From the IMG/VR virus record IMGVR_UViG_3300005611_000045, positions 1-50,306 of that record: a DNA stretch of 50,306 nt. One strand, written 5' to 3'. The position numbers and the translations under genes are program-made. This DNA comes from a virus (lineage: Duplodnaviria; Caudoviricetes). Below are positions 27,497 to 38,800 of this stretch, one piece after another; positions within the stretch are counted from its first letter, which is position 1, and the number at the start of each line of letters is the position of its first letter. The notes below the pieces were generated by a model. The model did no database searches, had not been told where the DNA came from, and saw only the letters and a list, made by a program, of their open reading frames with translations.

Positions 27497-30181
27497 ATGA
27501 CACGATCGAATGAACTGATTTTCTCGCTCAATGCCGGCGGCGTCGATCCGCGGGCGCTCTCGCGCGTCGACATGGAGCGCATGCGCATGGCCGGTGAGCA
27601 CCCGGTTGCGAATTGGCTCCCGAATGTGTTGGGGCCAATGTCTATCCGGCCGGGCGCTGAAATGCTGGCGACGATCAGCAATCAGACCCGGCAGGTTCGG
27701 TTCGCTCGCTCGACCGATACCAAATATGTGCTTTTGATGTCGGCGAACGAGATGCGTATCAGTTCCGCCGGCGTCATCATCCAGATTCCAAATGTCTCCA
27801 CGACCATATCCAGCACCGCATGGAGCGACGTCAGCGAGGGCGCAGCCACGGCGACAGGCGGCGCAACGCTGAGCTTTGCGGGCACGCAAACCAACTCGGC
27901 CAAGCTCCGCCAGGCCGTGACGGTTGCGAGCGCCGATCAGGCGCTTGAGAATATCCTGCGCATCGCAGTCGCAAGGGGCCCGCTGGTGTTCCGTGTTGGG
28001 ACAACGGCCGGCGGGCAGGAGCTGATCGCAGACACCGTGCTCTATACCGGCACGCATAAAATCGCGGTCACGCCCGGCGCTGCCACGATCTATGTCGAGC
28101 TGAGATCGGACAGCCCCGTCACCCGTTCCGTGAGCCAGATCGATTTCGAGGCCAATTTGACGTCGGGCGATCTGGTTATCCCGACGCCCTGGACGTGGGC
28201 GCAGCTGCAACGGTTGAGAACCTGGCAGTCGGTCGATGTGATCTTTGCCGGTGACGGCGTGCAGCAGCAACGACGCATTGAACACCGCGGCGAAAAATCG
28301 TGGTCCGTCGCCACCTATGATGCCTACAACGGGCCATACACGGTGGTCGGTGGCAATATCACAATGACGCCGGGGGCGCTCTCCGGTAACACGACGATAA
28401 CGGCATCAGAAGGGTATTTTCAGTCCGGTCATGCGGGCACGCTTATTGAACTGACGCAGGTCGGCAAAACCGTCACACAGACGCTGAATGGCGAGGACCA
28501 GGCGACCGACTATGTGACTATCACCGGCATTGACGCCGAGCGGGTGTTCTATCGCACCGGGACGGTATCCAGCTTCGTTGGAACATTGACGCTGCAACGA
28601 TCGGTGGAGGTCGACAATCCTACTGTCTGGGCAGATCAGGTCACATACGTCAACAGTGCCGCGGGTTTCGTGCGAACGGCCTATGATGACGGCCAAGACA
28701 ATCTGACGGCACACTATCGATTTATCGTGAAAGCAGGCGACTACACATCCGGCAGTGTGGAGGTTACGCTTGAATATGAGAATGCCACGCAAGTCGGGCA
28801 GGCGCTGATTACCAGCGTGACCAGTTCAACCGTGGTCGATGTCGAAACCCGCGTTGCCTTCGGCAGTACCAGCGCGACCCGGATATGGCGGATCGGCGCG
28901 TGGTCTGACCTGACGGGATGGCCGCGGGTGCCAGTGATCCACGATGACCGCCTGCACTGGTTCGACGACAGCGGTAAGGACTATGCTTCTGAGGTCGATG
29001 ATTTTCAGGATTTTGATGCATCCCTGAAAGGCGACAGTGCACCGTTTACGCGATCAGTGTCGGGCGGTTCGCTTGAGGGTGTGATGTGGGCGCAATCAGA
29101 TGATCGCCTGATTGTTGGTACGTCCGGGTTCGAAGCCAACATCCAGGCCAATGATTTCGACGGGGCCCTGACGCCGACTGCCTACACGACGCGCAAGCCG
29201 TCGCGGCGTGGTTGTGCGGATATCGAAAGCGTCTCGCATCACGCAGGGATATTCTACGCGCAGCGCTCGGCAAAGCGGCTTTACGAAATGTCGATCCCAT
29301 CAAGCGACACGCGCTATAGATCGCGTAACGTGTCGCGTCTCAATCCGAAAGCATGTGCGTCCGGCATCGTGCGCATGGCCGTGCAGCTGCAACCGGAAAC
29401 CCGTCTATATACCGTCCTCACGGATGGCACGATGACGGTGCTTTCCTACGAGATTGATGACGACGTGGTCGCCTTTACCACCGTCACCATACCGGGCGGA
29501 CTGATCGAAGACGTATGCGTGCTGCCCGAAACAGACCAGGATGACATTTATCTGGTCGTGAACCGGTCGGGAAACCGCTATCACATGCGGCTTGGCAAAG
29601 AGGCAGAGCAGGAAGCAGTCGCGACATGCACGCTGCTCGACTACTACAAAGTGCTGACCGGCTCGATCAGCTCGATCAGCGGCGCAACGCATCTTGCCAG
29701 CACAACGGTACAGATATGGGCGGACGGGCAGCGGCGGGCCGATGTCACGCTTGACGCATCAGGCAATGCATCGCTCGGGGCGACGTATAGCCGGGTGGTG
29801 TACGGACTCAACTTTGATGCCGAGTTTCTGAGCGTCAAACCGGCATACACCGGGCAGCTTGGCACGCTGATCGGCCAGGAGAAGCGGGTCAACAATCTCG
29901 GCATGGTGATCAACGACAGTTGTCTCGATGGCATTCAGGTTGGCGTCAAGATGGGTGATCAGGCGGCTCGTACGCATCCTTTGCCGCCAATTATCAACGG
30001 CGTGACGCGGACGACCAACCAATTCTATAGCCAGCTGGAACTCGCTCCGTTTCCGCTTGAAAGCGGTTATCACACAGATAGCCGCGTTTACATCAAAGCC
30101 TCATCCCAGGAGGGGCCGGTCACGATCGGCTCGCTGGTGTTCGATGTCGAAGCCAATGAAACATTTACGCCCCGCCGATGA
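27497..30181 (+). CDS. Tail tubular protein B/nozzle (T7 gp12-like)
   Basis: SLNAGGVDP...RVD, GAWS...GWP...HDDRL; 894 aa; position. Confidence 0.85.
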   Translation: MTRSNELIFSLNAGGVDPRALSRVDMERMRMAGEHPVANWLPNVLGPMSIRPGAEMLATISNQTRQVRFARSTDTKYVLLMSANEMRISSAGVIIQIPNVSTTISSTAWSDVSEGAATATGGATLSFAGTQTNSAKLRQAVTVASADQALENILRIAVARGPLVFRVGTTAGGQELIADTVLYTGTHKIAVTPGAATIYVELRSDSPVTRSVSQIDFEANLTSGDLVIPTPWTWAQLQRLRTWQSVDVIFAGDGVQQQRRIEHRGEKSWSVATYDAYNGPYTVVGGNITMTPGALSGNTTITASEGYFQSGHAGTLIELTQVGKTVTQTLNGEDQATDYVTITGIDAERVFYRTGTVSSFVGTLTLQRSVEVDNPTVWADQVTYVNSAAGFVRTAYDDGQDNLTAHYRFIVKAGDYTSGSVEVTLEYENATQVGQALITSVTSSTVVDVETRVAFGSTSATRIWRIGAWSDLTGWPRVPVIHDDRLHWFDDSGKDYASEVDDFQDFDASLKGDSAPFTRSVSGGSLEGVMWAQSDDRLIVGTSGFEANIQANDFDGALTPTAYTTRKPSRRGCADIESVSHHAGIFYAQRSAKRLYEMSIPSSDTRYRSRNVSRLNPKACASGIVRMAVQLQPETRLYTVLTDGTMTVLSYEIDDDVVAFTTVTIPGGLIEDVCVLPETDQDDIYLVVNRSGNRYHMRLGKEAEQEAVATCTLLDYYKVLTGSISSISGATHLASTTVQIWADGQRRADVTLDASGNASLGATYSRVVYGLNFDAEFLSVKPAYTGQLGTLIGQEKRVNNLGMVINDSCLDGIQVGVKMGDQAARTHPLPPIINGVTRTTNQFYSQLELAPFPLESGYHTDSRVYIKASSQEGPVTIGSLVFDVEANETFTPRR

Positions 30182-30527
30182 CCGGGATTGGCGCATATTC
30201 TACGGTCAGCCGGCGCCGCTATACTGGTCCGGTCTCGTGCTCGAAGATCCCGTCATGATCCTCGGCATCGGCGGGCTGTATGCGAGCGAAGACGGCAGAT
30301 GGTGGGCATTCATGAAGCGTGCGCCCGGCGTTGGCTGTGTGTTCTCTGCACAACGCGCTGCGATGCATATGATGGCGGTCGGGAAAGAAGCGGGTTTAAC
30401 GATTCATGCGCTTGCCGATCCTGCTATAGTTGGTTCGGATAAGTGGTTGCAGCGTTTGGGTTTCCGACGAACGGATGAAATTATGAAAGGGCTCGTCACG
30501 TGGACCCTGTTACCCTCGCGGCAATAG
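30156..30527 (+). CDS. GNAT-like protein (T7 gp13-like position)
   Basis: ILGIGG...S.KWLQRLGF. Confidence 0.6.
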   Translation: MKHLRPADDRDWRIFYGQPAPLYWSGLVLEDPVMILGIGGLYASEDGRWWAFMKRAPGVGCVFSAQRAAMHMMAVGKEAGLTIHALADPAIVGSDKWLQRLGFRRTDEIMKGLVTWTLLPSRQ

Positions 30528-31093
30528 GCGCTGCGGCCTCGCAGTCGGCGCCGTTCATCACGGCCGGCGCTACGGCGATTGGTGCCTACGGATCATACCA
30601 GGCCCAGCGGTCGCAAGCATCGGAAATGCAGCAGCGCGCCGCCATCGAAGCCGAGAATGCCGACGTGCGCGCCAAGGAAGGGCGCGCGGAAGCCCAGGAC
30701 CGGGCCGCGATTCGCATGCGCGAAGCCAATCTTGCACAGTCGCGCCTCAAGGCTTCTGCCGGAGCGTCCGGTTCGTCCTCATCCGATCCGACTATCATGG
30801 ATTTGTGGACCGGGATCGAACAGGAAGGCCAGATCAACGCCGGGCGCGAGATGGCCCGCGGCGAAAGCCGCGCCCAAGGCATCACATACCAGTCTGACCT
30901 CAACCGGTGGTCAGCGGATGCCAATGCCAGGATCAAGAAGGCGGCCGCGACATCCACGCTGATCGGCGGAATCGGTGACAGCATCGGCGGGTTCTCGCGC
31001 ATGCGGGCGCGGTACGGCGGCTATCAGGGGCAATCGACGCTCGCCTATCCCGGCACGCAGTCCGGCTGGAAAACCACAGTGAGGTATGGTTGA
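30500..31093 (+). CDS. Internal virion/ejection protein (gp14-like)
   Basis: MDPVTLAAIG, Ala/Gly-rich, GASG motif. Confidence 0.7.
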   Translation: MDPVTLAAIGAAASQSAPFITAGATAIGAYGSYQAQRSQASEMQQRAAIEAENADVRAKEGRAEAQDRAAIRMREANLAQSRLKASAGASGSSSSDPTIMDLWTGIEQEGQINAGREMARGESRAQGITYQSDLNRWSADANARIKKAAATSTLIGGIGDSIGGFSRMRARYGGYQGQSTLAYPGTQSGWKTTVRYG

Positions 31094-32826
31094 TGGCGCG
31101 TCTGCCGCAAGCTGCCGACCTGATGCGGGAGCCGGTCGGGCTGGATACGCCGGCCGTCAAAGTGCGCCCGATCGATCATTCGCCAACGGCGTCCGCGGCC
31201 AATGCGCTTGCCAAGGGCGTAAACAGCATTGCGCTCGGGCTTGATGCAACATGGAAGGCCAATGAGGAAGCCGCGGACTATCAGACGAAAAAGGCCCTAG
31301 CAGATTTTCGCTTGGCGACCGATGCCGAGCTTGATGCTTATACCAAGGAAATGCCGCCGGGCGCGACAGGATGGGCTGAGGGCTGGGAGAAGCGCTTCGA
31401 AAAACGTGCCAACCAGTTTGTGCAGGGACTGCCGGGCGAACGCCAAAAGGAACTGGTACAAGCATCGCTGATCGCCCAGCACCAGCGCTTGCAATCGCAC
31501 GCCAACGGCATTGCGCTCAAAGAGCGGGACCGGTTCATCGAGGATGGGCTGGCAAACACCCTGAACGGCCTTGTGAACCGCACGGATCTCGATCCGGCGC
31601 GCATGCGGGATGCCCGCACAGAAGGCCGTCAGCTTATTGAGAAGTCGGATCTATCGCCGGCGCGAAAATCGGTGCTGCTCGGCAAATACCGCAAGGCGGT
31701 CGAGGGTACTGCGATCCGCTCTCGAATTGCAGTGGCCAAGACGCCGGAAGAGTTCGAGGCAATCCGCAAGGATGTCGAAGGACGCAAGGATGGTGAAGCA
31801 CTTGCAGGGCCGCCGGGCGTCGGCGTGGCTTATTCGGGGCCTTATAAAAACCTTGATGCCAGTGATCGCGCGACGCTTCGGCGTGTCATTGACCACGAGG
31901 AAAAGAACTTTCTGGCCGGCGCGCGCTACGAGATCAAGCAGCAGATGCAGTCGGATCTTTCATTGATCGAGACGACCGGCGAAGGCCTGCCCCGCATCGA
32001 CCTCGAACGCGCGAAGAAAATCCTCGAGCCGAACCAGGTCAATAGATACCTGCGCCAGCGCGAAGTGGCTCGCTATGCATACAAGCTGCAGAACAACCTG
32101 TCATCATTGCCCGATGATGAAATCGTGGCCAGGTTCCGGGACCTGGCGCCGGCACGTGATGCCGATTTTGATGCACGCAACCGGGTTTATCAAAAAGGCA
32201 TGCGAGCGGTGCAGAAGCTCCAGGAACTGCGCCGCGATGATCCGGCCCGATCGGTCGAGGATACGGAAGACCTCAAGGCGGCCCGCGCTAATGCGCAGGG
32301 TGATCCAATTTCCAGGGGCCGGCGCATTATGGCGGCGCGCATGCGGGCGCAGGAAAGCGTCGGGATAGCGGAAGCGGCTCGATCTCCGATCACAGAAGGT
32401 GAGGCGCGGCAGTTGCTCGCGCCGCTGGTCGGGCTCAAGGGCGAATACATCTATCCGGAGCTGCAGAAGTTGGTTCCGCAGATCGTGGCGCAATACGGCG
32501 AATACGCGGACGAGGCGCTGCGCTACATGGCGCGGACGCTTTACAAGGATTCTGCCAGCCAGGAAGTGTTCCAGGGTGTCATTCAGAACATCAAAGACAC
32601 CGGCATGGTCGAAGCGGCTGAGAAAGAGCGAATGAAGGCGCTTGAGGAAATCAACGGGCGCAGCAATGCCATGAACCGCGGCGCAGGCTCATTCGGGCAG
32701 TCGGGGCTTGCCGCGCAGGCGCCGCCGGAAGCCATCGCCTATTTGAAGGCGCACCCGGAAACAGCCGAGCTTTTCGATCGCAAGTATGGTGCCGGCGTAT
32801 CTGAGAAAATCCTGAAAGCCAAATAG
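31090..32826 (+). CDS. Internal virion/ejection protein (gp15-like)
   Basis: Helical 578 aa; MARLP start; position. Confidence 0.65.
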   Translation: MMARLPQAADLMREPVGLDTPAVKVRPIDHSPTASAANALAKGVNSIALGLDATWKANEEAADYQTKKALADFRLATDAELDAYTKEMPPGATGWAEGWEKRFEKRANQFVQGLPGERQKELVQASLIAQHQRLQSHANGIALKERDRFIEDGLANTLNGLVNRTDLDPARMRDARTEGRQLIEKSDLSPARKSVLLGKYRKAVEGTAIRSRIAVAKTPEEFEAIRKDVEGRKDGEALAGPPGVGVAYSGPYKNLDASDRATLRRVIDHEEKNFLAGARYEIKQQMQSDLSLIETTGEGLPRIDLERAKKILEPNQVNRYLRQREVARYAYKLQNNLSSLPDDEIVARFRDLAPARDADFDARNRVYQKGMRAVQKLQELRRDDPARSVEDTEDLKAARANAQGDPISRGRRIMAARMRAQESVGIAEAARSPITEGEARQLLAPLVGLKGEYIYPELQKLVPQIVAQYGEYADEALRYMARTLYKDSASQEVFQGVIQNIKDTGMVEAAEKERMKALEEINGRSNAMNRGAGSFGQSGLAAQAPPEAIAYLKAHPETAELFDRKYGAGVSEKILKAK

Positions 32827-32833
32827 AGACAGC

Positions 32834-35800
32834 ATGGCCCTTTCTCCGATTGCATTTACAGCGGCGAACGACGACGAAGAACCGATCGCCCAGACGGTTG
32901 CATATGAGCCGAAGGCATCGAACCCATACGATCAGTTCGATGAGGCCCCGGCGGCTGCAAATCCATACGACCAGTTTGATCCGAAACGGTCAGAAGACCC
33001 GCGCGCGGACGCGCTCGGGCATGCGGCCAACTACCGACATCAAAACCTTTCGGCGCAGGCAGGGCGCAGCCAGGCCAAGGCTTCTGATGGCATCTTGGGC
33101 GATTGGGGAAAGCTCACCGAAGACGAGCGCAAGCAGTGGCTCACGAACGAGTTGAATACGGTCGACGAGTCCAAGAAATCCATTCAGGCGGAAATCGCCC
33201 GTCAGCAGGAACAGATTGCCAAGTACGCCCGCCCCGGCGAGCCAATACCGCCATTGCTTGAACGGGGCCTGACAGTCGCGCGCCGGCATCTCGATGACAT
33301 CAACAAGCGCGAAGCCAAGGCGCTGGCGATCCAGCAAGGCAAGATCGAGAACGCCAAGGTCGGGCCGTGGCGCAATATCGTCGATCAGGTGCCGCTGGGG
33401 CTTCTCGACAGCTTCGTTGCCAATACGATCAAGAGCGCCGGCCGGGCCGCCGGATATCTCGGGCGATCGGCCGGCGCGGACATAAATCCGGACAACAACC
33501 AGATCGTGCGGGCCGGCGAAGTCGTGTCGCGATGGGCCAATGAGCTATTTCCCGGCGACAAGGCGCGGCAGGAAGAGTTCATCACCAAGCTTGCCAACGG
33601 CGCTGGCCAGATGGCGGGCTTCATGGGTACGAATGTGTTTACCCTGCTGGCGACCGCGAGCGTGAAGGCCGCGACGTTGGCGACGATGACAACCGGCGCG
33701 CTGGTATCGGGTGAGGAGCAGTTCAAGAGCGCCACCCAGGCGATGAAGGCCCGTCCGGGCACGGTGTCGGAAGGCGACCGGCTGGCCTCATACCTGATCG
33801 GCCTTGCCCTTGGCACGACGGAAGCGCTGCCGATTGCGAAGATCATTGGAGGTGGCGGGACAATAACAAACCGGATTGTGACCGGGGCGCTGGCGGAAGG
33901 CACGCAGGAAGCGGGGCAGACGTTCGGCGGCAACGTCACGGCACGGCTTTACTACGATCCCAACCGCAAGCTGAGCGAGGGCGTGGTCGAGGGTTTTGCG
34001 CTTGGCGCCATCCTTGGCGGTGGAGCGGGGGCGCTGTTCAGTGGTGACGCGGCGGCTGTTGAGGCCAAGCCCGCGGAGCCGCCGCCGCTCACTGATTCGG
34101 TTCCCGTCAATGAAAATGTTTCACGTGAAACAACGCCCGAGCCGCAAGGCGTCAATGGCGCACTGGAAATCTCCGGTCTTCCGGCCATTGATGCGGGTGA
34201 GGTCGTGCGTACCGCTCAATCGCTCGGCATCGATATCGATGAAAATATCGTCCGCCAGATTATCGAAGGTGACGAACAGACCGGGGCATTGCCACCGGTA
34301 ATGCCCGAAAATGTGAAAGCGCTCGAAGACTACATTGTCGACGGCGGGAATCTGTCACGACGCAATTACCGCGATATTGCGCAGAAGGTCGGCGCACTGG
34401 AAAGCCAGATGCCGGCGCTGATGGGCGCGATGGAAGAGCGCGGCCTTGTCCGTCGCGATTTCAGAGGAGACCTGCGGACCGGCCCGCGCGTCCAGGAGAT
34501 GAAGGCCGAACGGCGAACACAGCAGCAGGTTGACGAGATATTCTCGGAAGCCATGGCGCGCTATGGCCAGATGCTACCCGAAGGCACAACGGTTGAAGCG
34601 TTTCGATGGCAAGAGGGAATGCCGTTCGCGCAGTATCAGGACGGCGTGATTTCAATTTCGCATGCAGCGCTTGATCCAGCCGAGTTCATCCGGCACGAGG
34701 CAGTTCATGCGCTTAGGGCTTCAAACCTGTTCACGGCAGCGGAATGGAAGCTGCTTGTCGAGCACGCATCGGACAAGATCGCACCGCATTTGCTGGCGCA
34801 ATACCGTCAAGCCTATCAGGCGCGCGAGAATGTCGAGGACCTGGTTGCCGAAGAGAGCGTTGCAAATCTCATTCAGCAGTATGTTCAGGGCATCCGGTTC
34901 AACCGCGAAATTGACACGATACTCCAGAAGATCATGGAGTTTCTGGCGGCGGTCGGCAATGCCTTGCGCGGTCGCGGGTTCCAGACCGTCGACGATGTGA
35001 TTGATCGTCTGTTCGCAGGCGAGATTGCGGAGCGAGGGGCAGTGCGCCGGACAGGCGATCTTGCGATGGCGGCAATAGAGCAGTTTGACCGCGAGCCTGT
35101 GACCCCAGGCCTCGATATGTCGAAAGAAGCACGACTTCAACGTGCAAGAGATATGGGGTTCGATACGGATACGGTACTTTATCATGGGACTACGCGCACG
35201 TTTGACGCATTTGAGCCTCGCTCGCTTGGCGGCGTTGGGCCACACGTCGTCTGGTTGTCTCCAGATGCAGAGATGGTTGATGGTTATGCGGGTCTTAGAT
35301 ACGGTGTGCGCAACGTGCTTGACCACGAGGCGCCGCAGACTGTCCCCGTCTACGTTCGAGGCAATCAGCTCGTCGTGAACGAGTTGCAAGACGGGCCTCA
35401 CTCTACCGTAGAAAGTGGAATTCTTGATCGCGCGAAGACGGAAGGCTACGATAGCATTGCATTCAAAAAAATGAATGACAACGGCATTCTTCAAGAGCAA
35501 GTCGTCGTCTTCGACCCCTCCAACATCCGCAGTGTAAACGCAGCCTTTGACCCTGCTCATGAAGGGTCATCAATGCTGATGTATGCCATGGAGTCCGACA
35601 CGCATCCATCCTCACAAGCGGTCAAAGGCATCAACGACATTCTGCGCAAGCTTGCCATGGATGCCGGTATCGTCATGCGCCAGGGCCGTCTCAGGGGCCA
35701 GGCCGCCTACAACCCGGCAACGAACATTCTGCGCGCCAAGTCGATACACAATGGCTCGCAATCTTTCCGCGTCATGGGGCAGGCGATCGGCTCGAAACTG

Positions 35801-38800
35801 ATGACCGAGCGCGCCGACGTTGCGCAGCTCGTCCAAGACTACGCCGAAGAACTCGCAGCACCCGCCATGCCGCAGAGCGAAGAGCTGGCCCTGGTGCCGA
35901 CATACGAAGGCCAGCCGGTCACATATGCCGGCATTGACCTCGACAACCAGGCGCAAGCCCTGCTTAGTGATGCGGTCAGTGCCGCCATGGTCTACCAGAA
36001 AGACCTCGATGCTGTGTCGGCCGCTGCATCCAGCGGCTACATTATCGGGCGCAAGGTTGTCGACCGTTCAGCCATGCAAGCCTCGCTCGATGCCTATTCG
36101 AAATACCTGCGCCGGCTGCGCCGCAAGGTCGGCGCCAAGCAGGCCGAAACGTTGATTGCTGATGTGTTGGCTCATGCGCCGGTTGATCCGAACGCAACCG
36201 CAACCAGCATCGCCATGAAGCGCGCCGTCGACCTCGCGCAAATGTCTGGATATATCCGTACCCGATATTCCGAGACAGGCGTTCCGACAGAAGTTGCGCC
36301 AATCACCGCGCAGGATGCAGAGCCGGCATTTTATGACCTGATGACAGATATCATCCTAAACCCGAATGCAGCCTATCATAGCGCGCCGCAGTTTTATGAG
36401 GCTCTGACGGCATTGCTCGACCGCACGACGCCTACCACGCTGGCTGCCATCGAAACCGCTCAGGCGGATCTCAGAAGCTATTTTGCAGCCAACCCGCGTG
36501 AGCGCGTCAAGGCCATGATCCGCTCGACATCGAAGCGCGGCATGTTCCGAAAGTTCCGTGAGAACTGGGACCGGTTCGGCATCAAAGAAGCCATCGCGCT
36601 CGAGATGCATGACATCTACACCAATCGCATTGGTTCAAATCATCCATGGTGGCAGGCAACTCGGCATCTGTTGCTTACCCATCAGGCCAACTATGGCGGC
36701 AAGCTCGACCTATCAAAATCCGACAACCCGAACGCGTTGGTGCGGATGGCGTCGCACGCCCGTATTCATGCCGCCCGCGACATTGAGAAAGGTATCCGTG
36801 CGCTGGATGGCACAGAGCACGAAGGATCATCATTGGTCGGTGCATTGAAACTCGCCCTTGGTGATGATCGGTCAACGGCGACCGACATGGGGCCGGATAG
36901 CCGCTATCGCGAGTTCGGCGCCTATCTGATGGCGCGCATGGGAATAGAGCGCTGGAACAAGTACGAAAACGCACTGGCGACCGGCGAAGCGGCAGGCCTG
37001 CGACCGCCTTACGTGATAGATAAGGCGGAGTTCGAGCGTACCGTTGCCGAGCACGAAACCTACTATCCTGAGTTCGTCGAGGCCGCAGAAGCCATCTATG
37101 AATACCAGCGCAATCTCTTGAAGCTGCAGCGGGACGGCGACCTCATCACGCCGGAGCAATACGACGAACTGATCCAGGACAAGGACTATGTCCCGTCATT
37201 GCGCGTATTCGACGAGTTCGATGACCTGAGCCGGTCGTCCGCCATGGGTGCCCAGGGCAATCCGATCAAGCGCTTCCGGGGCTCAATGCGAGATGTGGTC
37301 GACCCGATCGCCTCGATTGCACAGAAGACATTCGAGACACGTGCCCGCATCGCCAAGAACCGGGCATGGCTGCGCCTGCTGCGCCTTGCCGAGGCGGCCG
37401 GCCCCGGCGGTGGGTTTATTGCTGAACGTCTCAGCGCAACCGAACTGAAGCCGATCGTCGTTTCGCTCAATCAGACGCTTCGCTCGGCTGCACGGGAGGC
37501 CGGGGTGGACCCGGGCGAGATTGGCGACCTGATCGATCTGGCGCAGGATTATCTTGGCGCCGACCCAACGGCGACAGTGTTTTCGCGGGGCACCATTCAG
37601 CCCGGCAAGGAACCGATTGTGCTTGCCATGGAAAGCGGGCGACCGGTTGCCATCCGGCTCGGGGCCGATGCCGAAGGTACGATGGGCGGCAAGCTCGCGC
37701 AGCAGGTTTGGAACGCCATGAACATGCTCGGCGAAGAGCATGCAGGCACGCTTGTCGACATGGCCTCGTTCTTCTCAAACATGGTGCGCGGCACAGTTGT
37801 TACGCACCCGGAATTTTTCGTCGCCAACCTTTGGCGGGATGGGTTCATGGCGGCGATGTATGACCCGCGCGCCTATCCGTTCTGGACGCAGATCAGGGGC
37901 GCCATAGATATTGCGACGGATAGCGATGCCTATAACCGCTATACGGCCTTTGCCGGCATGATGGGGGGGGAAGCAACGTCGCTGATGAACCTCAGAGCCG
38001 AAAACGACATGACGGCACTGGTGGACCGGGGATACACGTTCAAGGTTTGGGATACGCCCGCCAATATGATGAGCCACATGGGCGACTGGTTCAGTCCGCG
38101 CAATTGGAAAGACAAGGCGTTTGGCGCAACCATAGGCGGATTGGTCGGCGCAACGGTCGGGGCTCCGGTGGCGGGTGCCGTGATCGGCGGCACCATCGGC
38201 GCGAAGGCTGCTGTGAAGTTTGGAGAACTGTCGGAAACTGCAACCCGCGTCCGGCTTATGGAAATCGCCTACCAGCGCGCTATCAGGTCGGGCCTGCCCG
38301 ATGTCGAAGCCGCCCAGGAAGCAGCACTGTGGAGCCATGACTATACTGACTATTCGCGGCACGGTGCGAAGATGGACGCGTGGCGCCGTATCGTCCCGTT
38401 CATGAACGCTGGCCTGCAAGGCAACGACATTTATGCACGTCGCCTCATGGCGTCAGGTGACTACGGGACCAACCTATCGAAAGTCATGCTCTACCCAGCC
38501 TATCGCCTGGGCCTCGTCAAATTCGACAATCTGACTGATACAGAACGCCAGGATGTGGCATTTTCCGCTTATACCTGGATGACAACGATCATGGGTCTCG
38601 GCACGATCGCTCTGGTTCAAGCCTTGCTCTACCGGGATGACGAGCGATTGAAACTCTTGCCCGAGTATTTGAAAACCAACCATTGGCTGATCCCGCTTGA
38701 AGATGTCGTGCACGTGGTCTCAAAGGATGCCGCCGAGAAGGTGGCGAAGGAAGACGTTGTGCTCCGGCTGCCAAAACCGTTCCAGACGGTATGGTTTGCC

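Noticed and set aside
27152-28285. 377-aa minus-strand ORF and similar long antisense ORFs
   Set aside because: Shadows of well-supported plus-strand structural genes, with no motifs.
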